Positions 9,410 to 17,544 of a stretch of DNA of 20,904 bases are shown piece after piece. Every line of letters begins with the position of its first letter. The stretch's first letter is position 1. The notes beneath the pieces were generated by a model. That model saw only the letters and a list, made by a program, of their open reading frames with translations. It was not told where the DNA came from and made no database searches. The stretch spans positions 62,001-82,904 of the forward strand of contig MEDY01000091.1 in NCBI GenBank assembly GCA_001724265.1, given 5' to 3'. The position numbers and the translations under genes were made by a program. This DNA comes from Rhizaria sp. SCN 62-66. Its lineage: Eukaryota.

Positions 9410-10735
9410 ATGCTTCGCCGCCTGGGTTCTCAGCTTCTCACCAAAAAGACCCCCCTCGCTCTCGCCGCATCCGTCTCTGCCTCTGTCTCCGTTCTTCCTT
9501 CTGCTTCTCTTCGCGCCCTCCCGCTTTCCCGCCCCGTCTTCTAGCCCCGCCGCGCCATGTCCACCGAAAGCCCCGCGTCTAGCGAGAGCGGCGACTCCCC
9601 GCGCCGCATCAAGGTCTACACTAAGACCGGCGATAAGGGCACCTCGACGCTCTACAACATGCAGCGCGTCAGCAAGGACGCTGACTACTTCCAGGCTCTC
9701 GGCGAAGTCGATGAGCTCAACGCCTTTATTGGCGTTGCGCGTCGTACGTGACAACAGTCGCAACATCAACCACTTTTTTCATGCTACAAACTCTCTCATC
9801 CCAACCTGTAACTTGTATGCTCACCAGTCGCTCTCTCTGTTTTGGCCTCAAACCGGTCTCCGTCTTTCTTGCCGCCCCCAGACCACTGCCAGACGGAGGA
9901 CAACGGGCTGGACAAGTGGCTGGAGATCCTCCAGTCGCGCCTGCTCGACGCGGGCTCCTGCATCGCGACCCCGCTGACCTCGTCGCCCGAGTCGCGCATC
10001 CACCGCACGAAGTTCCCCGAGGACGCCACCGGCAACGTCGAGCAGTGGATCGACGAGGTACGCGCTCTTGAAGCCACGCTATGCCCGACTTATCAACGTG
10101 CTGTCTATCTTATCCTCAGATTTCAATTTCCTAGCGTGTTATATAACCTGACAAATATTTTCTTATTGCTTCGTTATCGCCTCTGTCTGCAGATGGATGC
10201 CAAGCTGCCCCCTCTGACACGCTTCATCCTGCCCTCCGGCGGCCTTGCTTCCTGCTCCCTGCACGTTTGTCGCACCGTGTGCCGCCGCGCTGAGCGCCGC
10301 ACGATCCCCCTCGTCGCGCGCGGCGACCTCGAGCCCTACGTCGGCATGTTCCTCAACAGGTATGCCAAAACGCATATATCACCGTGTATACCTCACTTTA
10401 ATGGCACAAGATTGGAATAATATGTTTAATGTGTGAGACTATATTATGTCTCTAAGTTTCAAGTTTAATTGTGCTTATCTTTGTTTTCAATTCTCGTGAT
10501 TTTTCTTTCTAACGAGTTCTGCAGGCTGAGCGACTTCTTCTTCGTCGCGGCCCGTTTCGCGGCCCAGAAGGCGGGCAAGCCTGAGGTGGAGTACGTCAAG
10601 CACGTCGAGCGCTTCCACTCCCACCTCCGCACTCCCACCGTCGCCGCCGCCGACGCCGCTGCTGGCGCGACGGCTGCCACTGATGCGCCTGCTGCTGACG
10701 AGGCGACTGTGACGACCACCGGTGAGAAGCAGTAA
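9410..10735 (+). CDS. MMAB: ATP:cob(I)alamin adenosyltransferase, PduO/MMAB type; putative mitochondrial presequence interrupted by an in-frame TAG (9542-9544); second ATG at 9557 gives 246 aa
   Basis: Exons 9410 (or 9557)-9743, 9882-10057, 10193-10359, 10525-10735. Introns GTACGT...CAG (9744-9881), GTACGC...CAG (10058-10192), GTATGC...CAG (10360-10524). Family motifs KVYTKTGDKG, GEVDELNAFIG, LQSRLLDAG, FILPSG, RTVCRRAER, NRLSD; stop TAA. True start uncertain. Confidence 0.93.
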
Positions 10736-11112
10736 GCAGTAAGCGCGAGATTGTCAACGATATCTCCGTTGTGAACGAAGTCATCGATGTGTGACATCGT
10801 AGTTTATATAAATTTAACGATAATTGCAGTATTTAGCCCCGTTTTATGTGTTCATTCTAAATCAACAAATACGACTAATAAAATACGTTTTGTTTGAAGA
10901 AAACTTAGCAACGATAGTCCACAGTTCGTCAATATTTATGCAAATGGAAAGGCCCTTTATTAATCCGTACGTACGTACGTCCAACAAAACAGCAATTTTT
11001 AGTCGTTTAACTTCAACAACAAAGCCAACAACTCAACTCGTTCACCTCACTCATACTAATTTTCTAGTTGCACCTCGCCTGTCAGTTGTCGGCTCACTCG
11101 CTCGTCCCTCGC

Positions 11113-12657
11113 TCACCGGATCTCCTTGAGGATGACCTCGGCGCCGAGCTTCCTGAGCCGGTCGCCCAGCTCGCGGCCTGCGGCCCAGGCGCGGCCCTGG
11201 CGCTCCGCGCGCGAAAGCCCGTGGGGCAACGCGACGGCGCCGTTGCACTCGCTCACCATTGCGCCGTCGAGCGAGAGCACCGCCGCGCGGGTCAGCACCA
11301 CGTCCACAGTCCCCGCCGCGTCCGCGCCCTGCGCAGAGCCACCGGCCGCCGGGGCGGGGAGGGTGATGGCGGCGGTTACGGCGCGGTTGTTGCGCAGGGC
11401 CTCCTTCGCCTTGCAGTCGCCCTCGGCGGTCGCCGTCGCCGTCGCCGTCCCAGTCTCAGCGGCCTTCGCGGCATCGGCAGCGGCAGCGGCGGCGGCAGCG
11501 GCGGCAGCCTCCATGGTGGCGGCGACCTCGGCCTCGGTCTGCGCGATGAGCGCCTGCGCCTGCTGCTCGGCGACGGTGGCGACCTCGGAGTAGACGGCGA
11601 TGGGGACCTTGCAGCCGCCCTGGAGCGCGGCCAGCATCCCGCGCTCGAGCGTGCACGAGCTCTCGCTGTTGCTGTCCTGCAGCGCGGCGAAGACCAGCTC
11701 GCCCGCCGCCGCTGTCGCCGCGTCCAGCGCCGCGATCCCGCGACGCGCGTTGGCCGGCCCGGGCGCCGCCGACTCGGCGTTGCTCAGCGCGGGCGCGGTC
11801 GCGCAGGGGACGTCGGCGGATCGCACGACGACGGCGAGCGCGCCCTGTCCCACGGCGTGCAGGTAGAAGGACGCCGAGAGCTCCTCGGCCACGCGCGCCG
11901 GCAGGTCGAGGCGCTCCAGGCCCACGCGGGCGAGGATGATGGCGTCGAACTCGCCAGAGTCGAGCTTATTCAAGCTAATGCGCATGTACGCAACAGAAAG
12001 AAACATGGGGGAACAGCAAGAAAAAGAAAATAGGTGAGCGAATAAAGGAAGTCGCTTTTATAACTTTTCAGAGCTAAACATGGCTTTGTCGGAGATATAG
12101 TGTTGTCTTGTCGCGTACCGCGTGAGGACGTTGCCGCGGATGTGGGCCGCGACAAGGTGCGGGTGGTGGCGCGCGAGCGTCGCGCGGCGGCGCAGCGCCG
12201 AAGTGCCGATGACGGCGCCCGGGGGCAACATGTTGAGCGCGAGCGACGCGCCCGGGTTAGCCACGGCGTAGGCCTTGGCCTCGGCGCTGTCCTTATAGGC
12301 GGCGAAGGCGGCAAGGTGCTTGGGGTGTAGGATGACGGCGTCCGCGGGCGGCTCGCGCTCCAGGATGGCGGCGAAGGAGACGCCCTCGGGCAGCGTCGTG
12401 GGCAGGTCCTTGACGCAGTGCACGACAATGTCGACCTTGTCGGTCAGCAGCGCAACGTCCAGCTCCTTGGTGAAGACGCCCTTGTTGTCGAACGACGAGA
12501 GCGGAATGAGGAGGTTCTTGTCGCCCATCGTCGTCATTCCGATGATCGGAAAGGAGATCTCGGGGTACGTCTCGGACAGAACGCGCGCAACGTACTTGGC
12601 CTGCCACATCGCCAGGGCACTCTCGCGGGTGCCGATGCGGATGGTGCGCTTCGACAT
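11113..12657 (-). CDS. hemC: Porphobilinogen deaminase / hydroxymethylbilane synthase, 466 aa, with Ala-rich insertions
   Basis: Exons 12657-12119 and 11974-11113; intron 12118-11975 (GTACGC...TAG). Motifs IRIGTRESALAMWQA, TMGDK, KGVFTKELD, VHCVKDLPT, GTSALRR, IRGNVLTRLNKLD, HAVGQGALAV, and the cofactor Cys in LQGGCKVPIA; stop TGA. Confidence 0.96.
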
Positions 12658-13215
12658 CGGGTAGATGAAACTACGAGGGCGCAGCGCGGGCGTGAGAGGT
12701 GGGACAAGAAGTGAGGAAAGAGGAGTGAGGTGGTCAAGTTCGGGTGAGTTTAGTTGAAGACATCACATGCTTAATCTGAAGATTTAATATTGTTCATAGA
12801 TATACAAATACTATTTGAACCTATAAAGCATATTGGTATTTCAACTGACGATGTAATGCGCTCGCGCCACTCCATGTCGATTTCCGAACGAAGTCATGTG
12901 CTTTGTGCGACTGTGGTTCGTAGTTGCGCACTTTGCTTCAAACAAGGATTTCGAGATAGAACTGCAGTCCGAGTTGAAAATAATCAAGAATATGAGTTAC
13001 TAGAGAAGTATTTGAAAAGACTGTGTATCGAAAAACTTGTGCACGCTATAATGCGCCGCGCATCAATGTGAAATTTGTTTTTGTTTGTGCAAATTTTGTG
13101 TTCTGATCAGGTTCACATGTTTTGTTTGGTTGTTGTTTCAAGAGAGACTATTAGTAAAGCAGGGTTGACTTGTAATTTAATATTTACTTATGGTATACGC
13201 TTTTCGTATAGCTAT

Positions 13216-14807
13216 TTACTCGTCAGACATATCCTTCTTGTCCTTCTTGTCCTTCTTCTCCTTCTTATCCTTCTTGTCCTTCTTGTCCTTCTTGGAGCTC
13301 TTCTCCTCCTCCTCCTCAGCCGCCGCAGCAGAGGACTTCTTGGCCGCAATAGCAACGTCGGCCGTCTCGTTGTACGTCTTGGTCGCCGCGGGCGCCTGGT
13401 ACTTCTCGAAGTTGGCCTTGCCGTTGCCCTTGCCGGAGAACTTGGCGCTCTTGCCCGACTCGATTTCGCGCAGGCGCTTCTCGAGCTTGATGCGGTGCTC
13501 GTAGCCCACGGTCACGCCCTCGCTCTCGCCCAGCGCATCCTCGCGGACCGCGATCGAGGCCTTGGCAGCGAGCATGCGCGCGATCTTGCCCTTGGTCGCG
13601 GGCTGCGCCTGGCCGACGAGCGAGGCGTGGTAGATGAGTCCGTACTTAGGCGTGAAGTGGCTCGTCTTGATGGCGCGGAACAGGGCCTTCTCGGCGCCAA
13701 TGATCTGCACCGTCGACGCGGGCTGCTTCGCCAGGTTGATCAGCGAGCCCTGGTGCGCGATGAGGCGCGCGCCGACGAGCTCGCCGACGAGCGCGGTGAG
13801 GTTGGGCGCGATGGCGTTCATGCGGTTCTGCAGGTACTGGTACAGCGACGCGCGGTAGTCGCCGAGCGAGATGACCTGCTCGCACACGAGGCGGATGTTG
13901 GCGATGTCCTCATCAGCGATGTCCGTGCCCATTGAGACCTCGGCGGCCTCCTTCACGCGCGTCTCCTCCTCCTCGGAGAGGAACGAGGAGAAGTCCGAGG
14001 TGGTGGCGTTCTTGCGGACACCCATGGTCTGGAGAGTAGACGATACGGCAAAAGAGAATAAAGTGATGTTAGCTATCGGTAATAGAGCTTAGACATGCGT
14101 AGATCAATAGATACATGAGTCAAGTATGCTAAGTTGATGTGATATGATATATAATCTTTGTTGATTGAGTGTTGACGTACCTGAACGATCTTAGCGTACT
14201 TGCTGTGCTCGTCGACGAGCTTGGACATCTCGGGGAAGTGAACGCCGTACCACTCGCGCGCGCGCATGGAGTAGACGTTGAGCTCCTTGTCGAGCTCGTC
14301 GAGCAGCGAGATGGCGTGCACAATCATCGTGTCGACCTTGTCGGGGGAGAACGAGATGGTGAAGCGCGCCAGCGAGTGGGCGAGGCCGAGCTTCATGGCG
14401 TTGTTGTTGCCCTCGGTGAGGCCCGTGACGAGGTTCTCGAGCTGCGAGCGGATGCCGCGCATGAGCTCGACAACAGAGGCGTCGTAGACGACGTTGAGGC
14501 CGAGCTTCTCCTTGATAAGGCCGCCGAGCTTCTGGTCCAGCACGGCCAGCTTGGTGTTGGCGTCCGTCGCGGCCTTCTTGAGGAACGACGACAGGGTCTT
14601 GTCCAGCGAGGCCTCGGTGATCGACACGGCAGCCTTGAGCGCGGTCTCGTTGTCGGCGAACTTGCAAAACTCCTTGAGCTTGACGAGCTCGCGAGCAGAC
14701 TCGGCCGTGCGGAAGTGCTTGTTGATGCCATCGACGTCCTTGAGCGCCTTGGGGTTCTGCACCTGGAAGAGGGCGTAGCCGGCGGGCGTATCAAACAGCG
14801 CAAGCAT
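13216..14807 (-). CDS. NOP58: Box C/D snoRNP core protein NOP58 (Nop5), 479 aa
   Basis: Exons 14807-14181 and 14028-13216; intron 14180-14029 (GTACGT...GCTAAC...CAG). MLALFDTPAGYALF start; GLAHSL...FSPDKVDTMIV...LDKELNVYSMRAREWYG (NOP58-type rather than NOP56-type); IAPNLTALVGELVGARLI; PASTVQIIGAEKALFRA; TPKYGLIYH; KKD tail; stop TAA. Confidence 0.95.
13231..13293 (-). repeat. Seven near-perfect 9-nt units encoding the NOP58 KK(D/E) tail
   Basis: Plus strand (N)TCCTTCTT x7, translating as KKDKKDKKDKKEKKDKKDKKD. KKD/E tails are typical of Nop56/Nop58/Cbf5. Confidence 0.9.
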
Positions 14808-15417
14808 TCGATACCTACAATTACCGCAAAATGTACAATAAAAGCAAGGATAGAGGGTGCGAAAGAAACAAAAGTGGGTCAGAAAGGGGTAAAGAAGAAG
14901 CCGAGGGAGGTGGCAGACGAAGAGGAAAAAAGTGGGCGAATGCGGCTCAGAAAAACAAGGGGAAAATGGCAGCAGAACGGCATTAAAATTATCAATGCAG
15001 ATAGAACACGCAATGGAATATCTAACCATGATTACGACAACATCATGGGCCTTTGCCTCAGTGCACAATTGAAGGTGCTAAGACGAATGCGTGGCGAAGC
15101 AGTTCGGAGAGCGTTTGCATAGCTCGTCTGAATTTTTCGGCCCCATGGCCTGAGGGCCGAAATCGTGATTACGGCAAACCCTCTATGCACATCCCATCAT
15201 CGTTGCAATACGCTTTGCGTTCACTTACTTGTTCTTTTTAGTTCTGATTGATTTAAATTTATAATTGAAATCGCGTGTGTCCCACGTTAATGTGCTCTAC
15301 TAGAGGTCGCTTTCCTCGACTCTTCCCGACTCCTCAGCTAACCAACCTGTTTCCTCCCTTTTTTGCTCTGCACTTCCCCGCCATTCACTCTTTGCCCTTT
15401 TTCCGCCAAGCTCTTTG
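14808..15417. promoter_or_regulatory. Divergent NOP58/PPAN intergenic region (610 bp) with a central inverted repeat
   Basis: Head-to-head ATGs at 14807(-) and 15418(+); TTTCGGCCC (15135-15143) and GGGCCGAAA (15154-15162); pyrimidine-rich leaders on each coding strand. Confidence 0.55.
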
Positions 15418-17089
15418 ATGCCGCCCAAGGCTAAGAAGCGTTCCAAGCGCAAGCACCTGACCCGCGAGGACCTGCGGCAGAAGGCGCGCCGCAAGAACGC
15501 GCGCGCACAGTCTGAGCGCTTCGAGTCCGAGCTCAACAACCCGCCGCGCAGCATGGTGTTCCGCCGCGGCATCGTCGGCGAGCAGGTCCGCGAGCTCGTC
15601 CACAACCTGCGCGCCGTCATGTCGCCCTTTTCGGCCATGAAGCTGCGCGAGACGAACAAGAACCAGCTCCGCGACTTCCTCAACGCAGCGCCCCCGCTCG
15701 GCGTGACGCACTTCATGATTCTCACGCAGACGCCCTCCGGCGTCGGCCTGCGCGTCGCGCGCCTGCCGCGCGGCCCCACGCTGACGTTCCGCGTGGTTAA
15801 CTACACGACGACCAAGGCGATCCAGACTGCGCAGAAGACCCCCCACGCGCTCAACGGACCCGAGTTCCTGACGTCGCCACTCGTCGTACTCAACAACTTC
15901 GCCGGCGAGGAGGACCATAAGAAGATCATGGCCGCCGTGTTCCAGAACATGTTCCCGGGCCTCGACATTACCAAGCTGAAGCTCTCGCAGTGCCGCCGTG
16001 TCGTGCTGTTCAACTACAACGCCGACACCGACACCGTGGACTTCCGCCACTACCTCATCAGCGCCGTCCCCGTCGGCCTCACCCGCGGCATCCGCAAGGT
16101 ACGAACAGTCGCGAAACACCTTAAACGCATTAGATTATGCTCTTGGTAGCTGTGCTATGATCTAGTTTGCTCAATGTATCTTCGTCAATTCTCTCGAGGA
16201 AAACCTTATCTCGACCATGGCACTTAACTCACATCTTATCTCTTAATCTGTCATAATTGCTCCCCTTTGCTCTCTCGCTCTCTCGCTCTCTCAGGTGATC
16301 AAGGGCCAGATCCCCGCGCGCCTGGGTGACCGCGAGGACATTGCGGACTGGGTGGAGAACCCCAACACGCTGTCGGACTCCGAGGCGGAGCTGCCCGAGG
16401 ACGCGCGCGTGACGCTCGCCCACGAGTTCGCGGGCCGCGGCAACAAGGCGGCGGGCACGTCTGCGATCAAGCTCAAGGAGCTGGGCCCGCGTATGACGCT
16501 GCAGCTGTATAAGATCGAGGAGGGCGTGTGTGACGGTCAGGTGGTGTACCACCGGTACGTGACCAAGACCGAGGACGAGCAGCTCGAGCTGGCCGAGCGC
16601 AAGGAGCGTGAGCGCGCCGAGAAGGCGCAGCGCAGGGCCGTGCAGGAGGCCAACGTGCTGCGCAAGCAGCAGGCGGCTGAGGCGCGCGCCAAGGAGAAGG
16701 AAGAGCGCCGCGCCGCCAAGCGCGCCGAGGCCGAGGCCAAGGGCATCAAGTACGAGGGCTCCGACTCCGAGGACGGCAACGACGAGGTCGACGACGACGA
16801 CGAGGACTACGAGCGCCACAACCAGATCAAGCGTGAGCGCGCGCGCGCGGCCGGGCTGGCCTACGCCGACGACTACGACGAGGACGAGGACGACAGTGAG
16901 GGCGAGGGCGGCGACGCCGAGGACGGCGAGGCCGACCTCGGCGACATCGGTCACGACGACGAGATGGAGCAGTCCGCCGATGACGATGATGACGACGATG
17001 ACCAGGAAGAAGAGGATGGCAGCGACGATGACCAGGATGAGGAGGAAGAGGAGGAGGTCGTTGCCCGTGTCAAGAAGAGCAAGAAGTGA
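15418..17089 (+). CDS. PPAN: Brix-domain ribosome biogenesis protein Peter Pan / SSF1, 491 aa
   Basis: Exons 15418-16098 and 16295-17089; intron 16099-16294 (GTACGA...CAG). PRSMVFRRG, VMSPFSAMKLRE...LRDFL...LGVTHF, RLPRGPTLTFRV, PLVVLNNF, FQNMFP, CRRVVLFNY, DFRHY, and the Brix motif ELGPRMTLQLYKIEEG; acidic C-terminal tail; stop TGA. Confidence 0.95.
16269..16292 (+). repeat. (GCTCTCTC)x3 forming the polypyrimidine tract of the PPAN intron
   Basis: Exact triple 8-mer immediately before the acceptor AG at 16293-16294. Confidence 0.8.
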
Positions 17090-17544
17090 GCTAACCCTGC
17101 TTGAAGAATGCTTTCGTATTGCTGTCGATGGGTTGTTCGTGTCGTCATAAGTCTTATATATAGCCATTTACGTATTTGATATAATTTCATACAAAGTTCA
17201 AGTCACTATACCTCCTCGTTTACAAACCACTCCAAGCCTAGCCTAGTGCGATTGCTACACCGCTGTAGCCGTTTGGACTGGCGCTAATTTTGAATAGCTC
17301 TATGTGCGACGAACTTATCGTGCTTTCTTCTGTCTGTCGAATATACTATTTAAAGTGACTGTGACACTATTTTGTGTTCATTAGATCTTGTGGAAATGCG
17401 TTATTGTTGTGAAATCTTCTTGCTCATCCCTCATCCTTCCCACTCGTCCCCCCCTGAAACAGTCAACTCTAACTCCAACCCTGGTAACAAATCCCATCGA
17501 CACAAAAAGAAAATTCAGTAAGTTTCTGACCTTAACCGCTGACT

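Noticed and set aside
14029-14180. Possible intronic box C/D snoRNA in NOP58
   Set aside because: No RTGATGA box C or terminal CTGA on the coding strand.
15131-15140. AATTTTTCGG as an Sm site of an snRNA or SL RNA
   Set aside because: The U-run is followed by C rather than G, it overlaps the hairpin stem, and there are no other snRNA motifs.
17518-17538. GTAAGT donor and CCTTAAC branch-like word just upstream of the CLP1 ATG
   Set aside because: No compatible acceptor that preserves the conserved CLP1 N-terminus, and no U12 donor upstream.
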